Below, in pieces: positions 29,763-40,548 of a DNA stretch of 64,000 nucleotides (positions are counted from its first letter, which is position 1; each line of letters begins with the position of its first letter). Origin of the DNA: Myxococcota bacterium (GTDB lineage Bacteria > Myxococcota_A > UBA9160 > UBA4427); NCBI GenBank assembly GCA_028278345.1, contig JANQEL010000206.1:2341-66340 (forward strand), in the 5' to 3' direction. A model generated the notes under the pieces. That model saw only the letters and a program-made list of their open reading frames with translations. It had not been told where the DNA came from and searched no databases. Both the position numbers and the translations under genes were made by a program.

Positions 29763-31351
29763 CGCGACGCTCCGTCGTCGGATGCACTATCGAGGGTGAA
29801 GTCGAGCACGCCCTCGCTTTCTCCCGATGCGAGCTCGAACAGCGCGAACGACTTGCCCGAGAACGCGGGTTCGGTGCGCAGGCGGCGAAGCAGCTGCGGG
29901 ACCCGCTTCGCCTCGTAGGTGTGTCCGCGAATCGAGAGCGACTCGCCGCCGTCGTGGACTTCGATGCGATCGAGCCAGAGATCGTCGACGGTCTGCTTCG
30001 CGAAGCCGGCGAAATAGCGCGAGAAGCCTTCGCGTCGACCGCCGCCGAGGGCGTCGAGTTCGCGCATGCGTCGCGCGCTGCGATCGCGCTGGGCCTTGAT
30101 GGCGGCGAGAGGATCGGCCCCCTCACGCTCGGCCGCACTCTGGATGAGTTGGTTCTCGAGCGCGGTGATCTGCGAGTTCAGCGCGTCGCGACGCTGCTTC
30201 GCTTCTTCCACCTGCGAGGCCAGGGCGGCGTTCTGCTGCATGCCCAGACCCCAGACGACCCCGAGGCCCAACAGGACGCAGGCCGCGGCCGGGAGCACCG
30301 CGGTCAGTGGAAGCGTCGCGACGTTCGGCGACTTCTGCGCGGGAGCGCTGAGGTCGATCTGCTGCTCGAGTTCGCCGCGCAACCCGCCACCGAGAGCGAG
30401 CAGCATTCGCGTCTGCAGCTCGTTGTTCAGCACGTCGTCGCAATCGACGACGCTGTTCAGTTCGAGTTGCTCGACCCGCACCGGGCGCAGCTGCTCGGTG
30501 AGATAGGGCACGTAGAGAGAGATCTCGGCTTCGGAGGGGCCGATCACCAGCCTGGAAGCGGGCGCCTTGCCGAGTTCGCTCTCGTAGTAGTCGAGGGAGC
30601 GTTGGATCTCCAGCAGGAGTTCGTCGAGCTGACCGCGAACCTGATGGGAGAGTTCGTCGTCATCGTCATCGTCGAGGGCGATTTCGTTGCCGATCGCGTT
30701 GTCGATCTGCTGGGTCCCCGTACCCAGGGTACGCGCAAGGTAGAGCTGTCCCTCGTGACATAGAGCGAGGTCGCCGCTCTTTGCCCCCAGGTCGAGCATC
30801 GCCGTGCCGGCGACCTGTTCCGGGAGTTCTTCGGCGATGTTGCGCAGCGCGAGTTCGGCAATGTCGATGGCCGCGAGTTCGAGTTCGGCGGCCTCGACCA
30901 GGGCGGTCACCTCTTCGATCACCGACCTGCGGGCCGCGGCGACGAAGAGGCGAGGGTCGCGGCCGCGGTTCGCGTCTTCGGGAAAGGCGAAGTGGGCGAC
31001 CCGAGCGTCGGCGGGATCGAAGTCGATTACGTCCTTGATCAGCCAGGGAAGCGAGTCGGCGATCTCGTCGTCTTCGACGGGGGGACGATCGAGAAGGCGG
31101 AGGATGTAGTCCTGGTTCGGCAGCACGACCACGCATGCGGTTGCGGTCAGGTCGTTGCTTTCGACGTAGTCGGCGAGGGCCGTCGCGCGCTCTTCGTGGG
31201 TGAGATTCGAAACCGAGTGCATGTGTTCGAGGCGCGGCTGGGGTTGCTCGCCACGCACCACGTGACACAAGGTGAAGCCGTCTGGTGTGACGAAGAGGCC
31301 AAGGAGACCATCCGCACCGCTGCGCTTCTTCTGTAGACCCAGTTGGAACAA
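29759..31351 (-). CDS. mshI: MSHA biogenesis protein MshI (PilM-like plus PilN-like domains)
   Basis: AIDIAELALRN, LEIQRSLDYYES, QQIDL, LWL..I, F.GKSF..F. Start is TTG 31351 (GGAGA RBS) or ATG 31390. Confidence 0.82.
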   Translation of the reverse strand: MFQLGLQKKRSGADGLLGLFVTPDGFTLCHVVRGEQPQPRLEHMHSVSNLTHEERATALADYVESNDLTATACVVVLPNQDYILRLLDRPPVEDDEIADSLPWLIKDVIDFDPADARVAHFAFPEDANRGRDPRLFVAAARRSVIEEVTALVEAAELELAAIDIAELALRNIAEELPEQVAGTAMLDLGAKSGDLALCHEGQLYLARTLGTGTQQIDNAIGNEIALDDDDDDELSHQVRGQLDELLLEIQRSLDYYESELGKAPASRLVIGPSEAEISLYVPYLTEQLRPVRVEQLELNSVVDCDDVLNNELQTRMLLALGGGLRGELEQQIDLSAPAQKSPNVATLPLTAVLPAAACVLLGLGVVWGLGMQQNAALASQVEEAKQRRDALNSQITALENQLIQSAAEREGADPLAAIKAQRDRSARRMRELDALGGGRREGFSRYFAGFAKQTVDDLWLDRIEVHDGGESLSIRGHTYEAKRVPQLLRRLRTEPAFSGKSFALFELASGESEGVLDFTLDSASDDGASR

Positions 31352-31415
31352 GGTTTCTCCCGGCCGCCCGAAGGCACGCGGGATTCCCATCGCAAAGGAG
31401 GGCTCCGCTCTCTCC

Positions 31416-31443
31416 GTAGCGGCCGAGATGTAGAAAAAGTTTA
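31416..31443 (-). promoter_or_regulatory. Putative sigma-28-like promoter of the msh operon
   Basis: Minus strand reads CTAAACTTT...GCCGCTAC (TAAA-N16), directly upstream of mshI. Confidence 0.45.
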
Positions 31444-31618
31444 GGTTTCCAAACGGGTTGCAGACGTCTGCGCGCGACGGGTGCAGTTGCGAGAAGGCGC
31501 GAAGGCGATGCGCCTCGTGTGCAACTCGGCTGTGAGAAAAAGGGCCGACCCGCTAGCGTTGGCGCCCGCGTCGCGTTCCGAGAACACGCGCATCGCGACG
31601 TCACGAAGAGGAGGCCGC

Positions 31619-32665
31619 ATGGGTGAAGTACGACTGACCCAGCTCGTTCCCGCCGGTGGTTGAGCGCGCAAGCTCAACGCCGAGGGCCTGGGTCAGGTCC
31701 TGTCACAACTGAAACCCTTCACGAACCCATGGGTCGACACCAGCGTCGGCCCGATGGACGACGCCGCGTTGGTGAACGGTGGCGCACAGGACCAGCTCGT
31801 CTTCACGGTCGATTTCATCACGCCGATCGTCGATCGCCCCGAGAGCTATGGCGCGATCGCCGCCGCGAACTCCCTTTCCGATGTCTATGCGATGGGGGGT
31901 GACCCCAGGGTGGCCCTGGCCGTCTGTGGCTATCCCGACGACAAACTCGAATACGGAACCCTCGCGAGGATCATGCAGGGGGGCGCCGACAAGGCCGCCG
32001 AAGCGGGCTGCGCGATCGTGGGTGGACACACGGTTCTCGATCCCGAACTGAAGTACGGGCTCTGCGTTCTCGGGAGCGTCGTGCCCGACAAAGCGCTGAA
32101 GCAGACGCGCGCCGCAGTCGGGGATCGCCTCGTGCTCACCAAGGCGATCGGGACGGGGATCGCTGCGCAGGCGATCAAGAAGGATTCGATCTCGGCCAGC
32201 GAACTCGACGAAGTCGTCGCGTCGATGGAAATGCTGAACGCGGCGGCCAAGGATGCCGCGATGGCGGTCAGCGCCCACGCGGCGACCGACGTCACGGGTT
32301 TCGGCCTGCTCGGTCATCTCCAGAACATGGCCGGGGCGGCGAACGTTTCGATCCGGATCGATGCCACGGCGGTCCCGACTTTCAGCGGCACCGAAGCACG
32401 CGTCGCCGAGGGCCTCGTGCCCGGCGGCACGAAGAACAACCTCCGCTTCGTCGAAGCCTCGACGATCTTCGCCGACGATGTGAGCGAAGCGCAGCGGCTG
32501 ATCCTCGCCGACGCGCAGACTTCGGGCGGCCTCGTCATCGCGGTCGCAGCAGAAGACGAGAGTCGGCTGCTCGACGAACTCGCCGAACGCGGCGTGGGCG
32601 TGCGGGCCTCGATCGGTGAAGTCACGGACGGTGCGGGCGGAACCCTCGAGGTCGTCGCAAGCTAG
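31619..32665 (+). CDS. selD: Selenide, water dikinase SelD, selenocysteine-containing (UGA at 31661-31663)
   Basis: GGAGG RBS and ATG 31619 give MGEVRLTQLVPAGG-UGA-ARKL..., in frame with ORF 31754..32665 (DDAA, TVDFITPIVD, AAANSLSDVYAMGG, GGHT, TDVTGFGLLGHL, DAQTSGGL). The UGA sits at the catalytic Cys/Sec position of the GGU/CxxK motif. Confidence 0.93.
31683..31701 (+). promoter_or_regulatory. Putative bacterial SECIS hairpin in selD
   Basis: AGGGCCTG-GGT-CAGGTCCT stem with one G-U pair and a G-first apical loop 27 nt after the UGA. Confidence 0.65.
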
Positions 32666-32680
32666 CGGGCACCCCGCCCG

Positions 32681-32878
32681 TCAGGCGGCTTCCTTCTCCG
32701 CCTGCTCCTCGGCCTCGCGCTTGACCGCGCATTCGCGCTGCTTCTTCTCGCTGCAGCCGCAGTTGGTTCCGGTGCCGCCGCACGAACCCTGCAGGGCGCG
32801 GTTCGAGAAGATCACCCCGACCGCCATCGCGGCGGCGATGACGAGGAAGATGACGGCGGTGGCGATGAAGGTCTGCAT
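32681..32878 (-). CDS. nqrM: Na+-NQR maturation protein NqrM (DUF539)
   Basis: Single TM helix, AMAVGVI...LQGSCGG...C.C...C, directly after apbE. Confidence 0.82.
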   Translation of the reverse strand: MQTFIATAVIFLVIAAAMAVGVIFSNRALQGSCGGTGTNCGCSEKKQRECAVKREAEEQAEKEAA

Positions 32879-32935
32879 CGAGGATCTCTTCGGTGGGACG
32901 CGGTGTCGGGTGAATCCACGACTGAGTCTAGCAGG

Positions 32936-34066
32936 CTAGGGTCGAGCCTCGGCGGCGCTCTCGGTCGGCGTCGCGCCCACGGCCTTCCAGGCGGCCGTCG
33001 CCATCTCGTGGAATTCGCCGTCGCCTTCCCGTACGAGAAGCAGCGCGGCGAGGTTTCGCTCTTCCGCCCAGCGGAAACCCTTGTGGGGGCCGAGCACGTT
33101 GAGCGTGGTCGCCAGGGCGTCCGCCCAGACGGCTTCTTCGTGCAATACGCTGACCGAAGCCAGCCGGTGATCGATCGGGCGCCCGGCTCGCGGATCGATC
33201 GTGTGGGAGATGCGCTGGCCGTCGACTTCGTAGAAGTCGCGATAGTCGCCCGAGGTGGCGAGGGAGACGTCCCGCAACTCGATCACCTGTTGGCTCGCGC
33301 GCGAGAGCGTGTCCGGGCGCTCGACCCCGACGCGCCACACGCGACCGTCGCGGCGTGTCCCGCGTGCGCGCAGCTCGCCCCCGATTTCGACCAGGTAGCC
33401 GCGATGGCCCTCGCGATCGAGTAGCTGCGCCACGCGATCGACCCCGTGGCCCTTGGCAATGGCGGAGAGGTCGCAAGAGAGGTTCGGGTGTTCCTTTCGC
33501 AGGGCACCGGCTTCGGAATCGACGACGAGCTTCTCGAAGCCGACACGCCCTTCGATGGCAGCGCGCTCTTCTTCGCTCGGCGGTTCCGGCACCCGATCGG
33601 TCGCGCCGAAGCCCCAGGCCGCAACCAGGGGGCCCACCGTCACGTCGAATGCGCCGCCGCTGTCGCGGCTCACGGTCTGGGCGATCTCGAAGACCTCGAG
33701 GGTCTGCTTCGAAACCGCGAAGGGCTCGAGGGAGGTGGAGGCGTTGAAGCGAGAAAGCTCGGAGTCCTCGCGCCAGGTCGACATCAAGGCGTTGACGTGT
33801 TCGAGTTCGGCCTCGATCTCGCGCAGCAACAGATTGCGTTCGCCGTCGAGCAGATCCGTATCGGCCAGCTTGACCGACCAGGTGGTCCCCATCGTGTGCC
33901 CGCGCATCTCGAAGTACGGGCGCGGATCGCCCTCGGCGAGCCACAGGCGATGGACCGCGAGGCCGAAGAGCACGGCCGCACAGAGCGGCAGGATGCGCCG
34001 CGCACGCGTGGGGAGGATGCGCTCGGTGGTCGGTCCGGGCGTACCCGCGTCAGCCACCGAAGTCAT
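32936..34066 (-). CDS. apbE: FAD:protein FMN transferase ApbE
   Basis: [51 protein letters not shown]. Start is uncertain. Confidence 0.93.
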   Translation of the reverse strand: MTSVADAGTPGPTTERILPTRARRILPLCAAVLFGLAVHRLWLAEGDPRPYFEMRGHTMGTTWSVKLADTDLLDGERNLLLREIEAELEHVNALMSTWREDSELSRFNASTSLEPFAVSKQTLEVFEIAQTVSRDSGGAFDVTVGPLVAAWGFGATDRVPEPPSEEERAAIEGRVGFEKLVVDSEAGALRKEHPNLSCDLSAIAKGHGVDRVAQLLDREGHRGYLVEIGGELRARGTRRDGRVWRVGVERPDTLSRASQQVIELRDVSLATSGDYRDFYEVDGQRISHTIDPRAGRPIDHRLASVSVLHEEAVWADALATTLNVLGPHKGFRWAEERNLAALLLVREGDGEFHEMATAAWKAVGATPTESAAEARP

Positions 34067-35276
34067 CGAACATGATGTTCTCACGCTCGACGCCCAGGTC
34101 GATGAGCATCGCGATCACCGCGTCGTTCATCATCGGCGGACCGCAGATGTAGTACTCGCAGTCTTCCGGCGCCTTGTGGTCCTTCAGGTAGTTGTCGTAG
34201 AGCACCTGATGGATGAAGCCGGTGAGGCCGGTCCAGTTGTCTTCGGGCAGCGGCTCACTCAGCGCGAGGTGCCATTCGAAGTTGTCGTTCTCTTCGGCGA
34301 TCTTGTCGAAGTGATCGATGTAGAAGGCCTCGCGCAGGCTGCGCGCGCCGTACCAGAAGGACACCTTGCGCTTGGAGTGGAGCCTGCGGAATTGGTCGAA
34401 GATGTGGGAGCGCATCGGCGCCATGCCGGCGCCGCCGCCGATGAAGATCATCTCGTTGTCGGTGGGGCGCGCGAAGAACTCGCCGAAGGGGCCCGAGATC
34501 GTCGCCTTGTCGCCGGGCTTCAGGTTGAAGATCCACGAGGACATCTGGCCGGGCGGCACGTCGGGGTTGCGCGGCGGCGGCGAGGCGATGCGGACATTCA
34601 GCATGATGATGCCCTCTTCCTCGGGGTAGTTCGCCATCGAGTAGGCGCGGGTCACGGGTTCGTCCACCTTCGAGACGTAGCGCCACTGGTCGAACTGATC
34701 CCAGTCGCCGCGGTACTCCTCTTCGACTTCGAAATCCTTGTACTCGACGGTGTGGGGCGGCGCTTCGATCTGGATGTAGCCACCCGCGCGGAACGGCACG
34801 CTCTCACCCGCGGGCAGTTCGAGCACGAGCTCCTTGATGAAGGTCGCGACGTTGTGGTTCGAGCGAACCGTGCACTCCCACTTGCGGACGCTGAAGACCT
34901 CGGCGGGGATCTCGATCTTCATGTCTTCCTTGACCTTCACCTGGCAGGAAAGACGGCAGCCCTCGCGGGCCTCGCCGCGGGTGATGTGGGAACTCTCGGT
35001 GGGCAGCATGGCTCCGCCGCCCTCGAGCACCTTGACGGTGCACACCCCGCAGCTCCCCTTCCCACCACAGGCCGAGGGGATGAAGATCTTGTTCGCCGAC
35101 AGCGTGTTGAGCAGCGTGCTCCCCGCGTTCGTCGTGAGGGAGTTCTCGGGATCGTCGTTGATCGTGATCGTGACTTCGCCATCGGGCACGAGCTGCGCCT
35201 TCGCGATCATCAACACGACGACGAGCAACAAGATCACGAGAGTAAAGGCGATGACGCCGAAAATGACCGTTTCCAT
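34050..35276 (-). CDS. nqrF: Na+-translocating NADH:quinone reductase subunit F
   Basis: [12 protein letters not shown] 2Fe-2S motif, [35 protein letters not shown]. Confidence 0.97.
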   Translation of the reverse strand: METVIFGVIAFTLVILLLVVVLMIAKAQLVPDGEVTITINDDPENSLTTNAGSTLLNTLSANKIFIPSACGGKGSCGVCTVKVLEGGGAMLPTESSHITRGEAREGCRLSCQVKVKEDMKIEIPAEVFSVRKWECTVRSNHNVATFIKELVLELPAGESVPFRAGGYIQIEAPPHTVEYKDFEVEEEYRGDWDQFDQWRYVSKVDEPVTRAYSMANYPEEEGIIMLNVRIASPPPRNPDVPPGQMSSWIFNLKPGDKATISGPFGEFFARPTDNEMIFIGGGAGMAPMRSHIFDQFRRLHSKRKVSFWYGARSLREAFYIDHFDKIAEENDNFEWHLALSEPLPEDNWTGLTGFIHQVLYDNYLKDHKAPEDCEYYICGPPMMNDAVIAMLIDLGVERENIMFDDFGG

Positions 35277-35358
35277 GACAACGAGCCTTACGAACGAGGT
35301 TGAGTTCGAGATCCAGACCAGAGCCTTCAGCCCAGCGGAGGGCGGAAGCCCGTAGCGA

Positions 35359-35958
35359 TCAAAGCTGAATACCGGAGAAGGCCATGAAGCTGATCGACAT
35401 CAGCCCCACGACCAGGAAGGTGACGCCGAGGCCGCGGAGCGCCGGCGGGATATCGCTGTATCGAAGCTTCTCACGCACCGAAGCCAACGCCGTGATCGCC
35501 AGCGCGAAGCCGATCCCGGAGCCGAGCCCGAACACGGCGCTCTCGCCGATCGTGTAGTCGCGCTCGACCATGAAGAGCGAGGCCCCGAGGATCGCGCAGT
35601 TCACGGCGATCAGCGGCAGGAAGACACCCAGCGCGTTGTAGAGCGCGGGGGAGAAGCGATCGAGGGCCATCTCCACGATCTGCACCGTGGCGGCGATCGT
35701 GCCGATCAGCGTCAGGAAGGTGAGGAACGAGAGGTCGATGCCTTCGGCCAGCGCACCTTCCTTCAACAGGATGTTGTAGAGCACCTGGTTGAGGGGGCAG
35801 GTGACCGCGAGCACGGCAGTGACCGCAAGGCCCAGCGGGAGCGAGGTCTTGATCTCTTTGCTGATCGCGAGGAAGGAGCACATGCCCAGGAAGAAGGCAA
35901 GTGCCATGTTCTCAACGAATATGGCCTTCGTAGCCAGGCTCAAATAGTGTTCCAACAC
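35359..35958 (-). CDS. nqrE: Na+-NQR subunit E
   Basis: [39 protein letters not shown]. Confidence 0.96.
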   Translation of the reverse strand: MLEHYLSLATKAIFVENMALAFFLGMCSFLAISKEIKTSLPLGLAVTAVLAVTCPLNQVLYNILLKEGALAEGIDLSFLTFLTLIGTIAATVQIVEMALDRFSPALYNALGVFLPLIAVNCAILGASLFMVERDYTIGESAVFGLGSGIGFALAITALASVREKLRYSDIPPALRGLGVTFLVVGLMSISFMAFSGIQL

Positions 35959-36583
35959 GGAAGTCTTCCTCTACCTGTTCGGGTTTCCAGGAGCGCACGG
36001 CCCAGATGAAGCAGCCGATCAAGAAGAATGCGGCCGGGGCCAGCAGCATGAGGCCGTTGGGCTGATACCAGCCGCCTTCGGTTACCGGCTGCAGGATCGT
36101 GACACCGAAGAGCTTTCCGCTGCCGAAGAGCTCGCGGAAGAAAGCGACGATCAACAGCACGAGGCCGTAGCCGAAACCGTTGCCCAGGCCGTCGATCACG
36201 CTGAGCTTCGGGCTGTTCTGCATCGCGAAGGCCTCGGCGCGGCCCATGATGATGCAGTTGGTGATGATCAGCCCGACGAAGACCGAGAGCTGCTTGCTGA
36301 TGTCGAAGACGAAGGCCTTCAGCACCTGATCGGTGATGATCACGAGCGATGCGATGATCGTGAGCTGCACGATGATACGCACGCTCGGCGGGATGCGATC
36401 GCGAATCAGACTCACCGAGAGATTCGAGAGCGTGCATACCGCGATCACCGCGAGGCTCATCACCAGCGCCGTCTCCATCTTCGTGGTGACGGCGAGCGCC
36501 GAGCAGATGCCCAGCACCTGGAGCCCGATCGGGTTGTTGTTGAAGAGAGGATCGAGGAGCGCCTCTCGCTCTGCCGATGCCAT
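35912..36583 (-). CDS. nqrD: Na+-NQR subunit D
   Basis: [38 protein letters not shown]. Confidence 0.96.
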   Translation of the reverse strand: MASAEREALLDPLFNNNPIGLQVLGICSALAVTTKMETALVMSLAVIAVCTLSNLSVSLIRDRIPPSVRIIVQLTIIASLVIITDQVLKAFVFDISKQLSVFVGLIITNCIIMGRAEAFAMQNSPKLSVIDGLGNGFGYGLVLLIVAFFRELFGSGKLFGVTILQPVTEGGWYQPNGLMLLAPAAFFLIGCFIWAVRSWKPEQVEEDFRVGTLFEPGYEGHIR

Positions 36584-36619
36584 GTCTTGCCTCCGCTTGT
36601 CCTGCTTTCGCGCTTCGAG

Positions 36620-37402
36620 CTAGACGCTGCCCGCGCGGACGTTCTCGAGATAGGGGCCAAAGCCCGAATCCCCCAGCCAGTACTTCACGAGCGCGCCGAC
36701 GCCGCGCCCGGTAATCGTTGCCCCGGAAAGCCCGTCGACCGAGTACGGATCTTCAGCGGGCTTTCCCGCCGCGCCCTTGATCACGTCGATCTTGGGCGTC
36801 CAGTTGGCGTCGAAGGCCAGGCGATCCTTCCACAGCGCCTTCCAGCGCGGGTTGTCGACTTCGCCGCCGAGCCCGGGCGTCTCGCCGTGCTCGTAGAAGG
36901 TGATGCCCTTGATCGTGCGCGTGTCGGGAGCCAAGGCGAGGTAGCCGTAGAGGGTGGACCATAGCCCCATGCCCTCGATCGGGATGATGATCGCGTCCAG
37001 CGAGCCGTCCTCGGTCTGCACCTGGAAGACAAGGCCGGTGTTGGGCAGGCGGCGCACCTTTGCGGCGTTGTCATCGGCCGCGCGCGAGAGCTCGGGATCC
37101 TTCGATGCCTTGCGCTGGTCGTAGGTGTTGGCGTCCACCTCCGCGTCGTACTGGCCCGTCTGCAGGTCGACCGCGAAGGCCTTCACGCGGGCGTCGTAGA
37201 GATTGCCGATCTCCTCGGCCGAGAGCCCGGCGCCTTCTTCCATCAGGCCGCCGACCACCAGCACCTTCTTCTGCCGGTCGAGCACCTTGTTGGCTTCCTG
37301 CATCGGCTTGAGCGAGACCGCCGCCCCGGCCACGAAGATCGAACACACGAGACAGACGGCAGCCATGAAGCCGACGATGTAGCCGGTACTATGCTGCTGC
37401 AT
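36620..37402 (-). CDS. nqrC: Na+-NQR subunit C
   Basis: GLWST.YGY, HGETPGLGGEV, and the FMN attachment motif DGLSGAT. Confidence 0.96.
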   Translation of the reverse strand: MQQHSTGYIVGFMAAVCLVCSIFVAGAAVSLKPMQEANKVLDRQKKVLVVGGLMEEGAGLSAEEIGNLYDARVKAFAVDLQTGQYDAEVDANTYDQRKASKDPELSRAADDNAAKVRRLPNTGLVFQVQTEDGSLDAIIIPIEGMGLWSTLYGYLALAPDTRTIKGITFYEHGETPGLGGEVDNPRWKALWKDRLAFDANWTPKIDVIKGAAGKPAEDPYSVDGLSGATITGRGVGALVKYWLGDSGFGPYLENVRAGSV

Positions 37403-38609
37403 TGCGAGCCAATCTCCGGTTGATGTTGCCCTGCACGACGTAGTGGTCGATCAGCGGCGCGAACATGTTCATGAACAGGATGGCGAGCATCATGCCTTCG
37501 GGATACGCGGGGTTGACCACCCGGATCAGCACGCAGAGCACGCCGATGCCGAGGCCGTAGTAGAACTTGCCGACGTTCGTGAAGGCGCTGCTCACGGGGT
37601 CGGTCGCCATGAAGACGCAACCCAGGGCCCAACCGCCGAGCACCATGTGCCAGTACCACGGCACGGAGAACATCGGGTTGGTCTCGGAGCCCGAGATGTT
37701 GAGCAAGAGGGACATCGCGATCGTCCCGACCACCACCCCGGCCATCGTCCGGCCGCTGCCGACCTTGGTCCAGAGCAGGAGCGCGGCCCCCAGCAGGCAG
37801 GCCAGCGTCGACGTCTCCCCCATCGATCCGGGGATGAAGCCGTAGAAGGCGTTCCACCAATCGGCCGTCGCGAGGGCGCGCTCGGTTTCGGCGGCCTGGG
37901 CGAGCAGCGTGGCGCCCGAGTAGGAGTCGACGCCCTGCAGGTCGCTGGCGATCCACGGGATCTCACCGCTCATCGCGGCCGGGTAGGCGAAGAAGAGGAA
38001 GGCGCGGGCGACCAGGGCGGGATTCAGGAAGTTCATCCCGACGCCGCCGAAGATCTCCTTGCCGAAGATCAGACCGAAGGCCATGCCCATCGCGACCATC
38101 CACAGGGGCGTCGTCGCGGGTAGCGTGAGGGGAAGCAGCATGCCGGTGACGAGGAAGCCCTCGGTCACCTCGTGTCCGCGGATGATGGCGGTGCCGATCT
38201 CGACGACCGCACCCGTCAGCATGCCGACGATGTAGATGGGGAGGAAGTAGAGCGCGCCGAGCATCACGCACGCGATCGGGTTGTTGAAGTCGGCGGCCGG
38301 GCCGACGGCCGAGTAGAGCGCCATCTGCCAGGTGTCGGGGGCTCCGCCGCCGCTCGCCATGGCGAGGAAGGCCTGGTAGCCGGTGTTGTACATCGCCATG
38401 GCCGCGCACGGCAGCAGCGCGATCACCACCGTGATCATCATGCGCTTGAGATCGAGGCCATCGCGCACGTGGGAGCCCGTCTTCGTCACGTCGGGCGGAG
38501 TGAAGGTGCCCGTATCGTGCACCTCGAAGAGCGGGTACAGCTTTTCGAAGCGCCCGCCCTTCTCGAAGTGCGGCCGAAGCTTGTCGTTCATGTCCTTCAT
38601 GAATTGCAT
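37389..38609 (-). CDS. nqrB: Na+-NQR subunit B
   Basis: HVRD..DLKRMM, KEIFGG.G.NFLNPAL, FMN site SGAT, FMATDPVS. Confidence 0.96.
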   Translation of the reverse strand: MQFMKDMNDKLRPHFEKGGRFEKLYPLFEVHDTGTFTPPDVTKTGSHVRDGLDLKRMMITVVIALLPCAAMAMYNTGYQAFLAMASGGGAPDTWQMALYSAVGPAADFNNPIACVMLGALYFLPIYIVGMLTGAVVEIGTAIIRGHEVTEGFLVTGMLLPLTLPATTPLWMVAMGMAFGLIFGKEIFGGVGMNFLNPALVARAFLFFAYPAAMSGEIPWIASDLQGVDSYSGATLLAQAAETERALATADWWNAFYGFIPGSMGETSTLACLLGAALLLWTKVGSGRTMAGVVVGTIAMSLLLNISGSETNPMFSVPWYWHMVLGGWALGCVFMATDPVSSAFTNVGKFYYGLGIGVLCVLIRVVNPAYPEGMMLAILFMNMFAPLIDHYVVQGNINRRLARNAAA

Positions 38610-38616
38610 GTCGGAC

Positions 38617-39996
38617 TCAGCCTTCCTTCTCGATGAGTTCGAGGTTCCTTCGCAGCACCGGGCCGTATTCGTACTTGCCCGGGCAGACGAAGGTGCAGAG
38701 GGAAAGGTCCTCCTCGGCGAGCTCCAGGGCTCCGAGGGCCTCCGCGCGTTCGAGATCCTTCGCCAGCATCGCTCGCAGCAGGAACGTCGGCAGGATGTCC
38801 ATCGGCATCACGCGTTCGTACATGCCGATCGGCACCATGGCGCGCTTGCTGCCGCTGGTGGTCGTGGTGAACTTGAACTTCTTGTTGGGGAAGAACTTCG
38901 ACAGATAGATGTTGAGCGTCGAAAACTTGTCGGGGCCCGGCGTGAGCCAGCCCATGAAGAAGCGCTCGCGACCCTCTTCGAGCACGCTGAGCTGATTGTC
39001 GAAGCGGCCGAGGAAGCCGAAGTTCTCTCCCATCGCCTTCTTGCCCGAGAGCACCGAGCCGGCGATGTGGCGTACCTCGACGCCGCCGAAATCCTCGTCG
39101 ATCAGATCGTCGATGTAGGCGCCGCTGCGCGTCGCGATCAGGCGGGGATCCTCGACCACCGGCCCCGCGTAGGAAACGGTGCGGTTCAGGTCGCGCTTGC
39201 CCGTGGCGAAGAGCGCGCCGATCGCAGCGACATCCTGGTAGCCGACGGTCCAGACCGTCTTGTTGCGTCCGACGGGTTCGACGAGGTGGATGTGCACGCC
39301 CGCGGTGCCCGCCGGATGCGGCCCCGTGAAGTGCTCGACGACCACGGGAGCGCTCACGTTCTTTTCGAGTTCCGAGACCGGGTCGACGCAGAGATAGGTG
39401 TTGCCCTCGGTGAGCTTCGCGATCACCGAAAGCCCGCGGTCGAAGTCTTCCATGCGATCCGCCAGCACCACCTCGGGAAGCGGTGCATGGGGATTCGTAT
39501 CCATCGCGGTGACGAAGATCGCGTCGGGCGTCCAGTCCGTGGCGGGGGTGCGCGCGAAGGGGCGCGTGCGAAACGCCGTCCAGTCACCGCTCTCGACGAG
39601 CAGGGCCACGACGTCGTCGCGCGTGAGCGAATCGACCGCGCCGCCCTTGTAGCTCGAGAAGCTCACCACCTCGGCGTCGCTCGGGCTGTTCGCGCGCTCG
39701 TTGTCGGAAAGGTCGATCACCACCGACTGCAGGGCGCGCCGCGCGCCGCGATAGACGCCGATCACGCGACCCGCACCGGGCGCACTGTGAATCACACCCT
39801 TTCGCGTTCGATCTTCGAACAAGGGCTGACCGCGTTTCACGGTGTCGCCTTCTTCGACGAACATGCCGGGCCTGAGACCCGGGAAGTCATCGGCCATGAC
39901 GGCAACGCGCGTGGGATTCTTCGATTCGCGGATGACTTGAAGCGGGGCGCCCTCGATCGGGAGGTCGAGCCCCTTCGTGATCTTGTGGAGTGACAT
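38617..39996 (-). CDS. nqrA: Na+-NQR subunit A
   Basis: [48 protein letters not shown]. Start ATG 39996. Confidence 0.95.
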   Translation of the reverse strand: MSLHKITKGLDLPIEGAPLQVIRESKNPTRVAVMADDFPGLRPGMFVEEGDTVKRGQPLFEDRTRKGVIHSAPGAGRVIGVYRGARRALQSVVIDLSDNERANSPSDAEVVSFSSYKGGAVDSLTRDDVVALLVESGDWTAFRTRPFARTPATDWTPDAIFVTAMDTNPHAPLPEVVLADRMEDFDRGLSVIAKLTEGNTYLCVDPVSELEKNVSAPVVVEHFTGPHPAGTAGVHIHLVEPVGRNKTVWTVGYQDVAAIGALFATGKRDLNRTVSYAGPVVEDPRLIATRSGAYIDDLIDEDFGGVEVRHIAGSVLSGKKAMGENFGFLGRFDNQLSVLEEGRERFFMGWLTPGPDKFSTLNIYLSKFFPNKKFKFTTTTSGSKRAMVPIGMYERVMPMDILPTFLLRAMLAKDLERAEALGALELAEEDLSLCTFVCPGKYEYGPVLRRNLELIEKEG

Positions 39997-40318
39997 CAGT
40001 GTCGGTCGCTGTTCCGTGTGTCGTCGCGTGGATTGCGACGAACCATCAGTCGGGAGGACTGGGGCGGAGCCCGTAGACGGGAAGGAGCCCTCGGACGGGA
40101 TCATGTGGCCAGAAGCGAATGGTTCGGCCGACGCCGGGGCAAGCGCGGCAGAGATTAGGACAACCGCTTGCGCTGACAACGGATTCTGGCTCGTAAATCG
40201 GCTCTTCGACGTGCTCTGAATGGCCCTCGCGATGCATCGCGCGACAACTTGAACTCGCCCCGCGATCCAAGTCGAGGAGCGCGCTTCGCCCGCGCCGTCG
40301 GACCTCGATCTGATGCCC

Positions 40319-40346
40319 GCTTCGGAGGAAGGAATGAACCCCTTTA
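40319..40346 (-). promoter_or_regulatory. Putative sigma-28-like promoter about 320 nt upstream of nqrA
   Basis: Minus strand reads CTAAAG...TCCGAAGC (TAAA-N16). Confidence 0.3.
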
Positions 40347-40548
40347 GGTCGCCCATCGCCCGGGCATCGCGGGTACGCCGGGCACGCGAGCGTGGCGAGT
40401 GGACATGCCGCGTTCTCGTCGCGCACCCCGCGCCTCCTCGCGTTCGATCCCGCGCGCGCCCACCGGGCTATGCTCGCGCGTCGAATTCGAGAAGGGTCCG
40501 GGTTCGACTTCGCGCCCGTCCCGACAACCTCGCACCCACCTCGGCTAC

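Noticed and set aside
31619-32665. selD as a pseudogene with a premature stop
   Set aside because: The TGA sits exactly at the catalytic Cys/Sec position with a SECIS-like hairpin, and the rest of the gene is intact.
32666-32680. CGGGC-ACCCC-GCCCG hairpin between the convergent selD and nqrM genes
   Set aside because: The stem is only 5 bp with no U-tract, so it cannot be supported as an intrinsic terminator.
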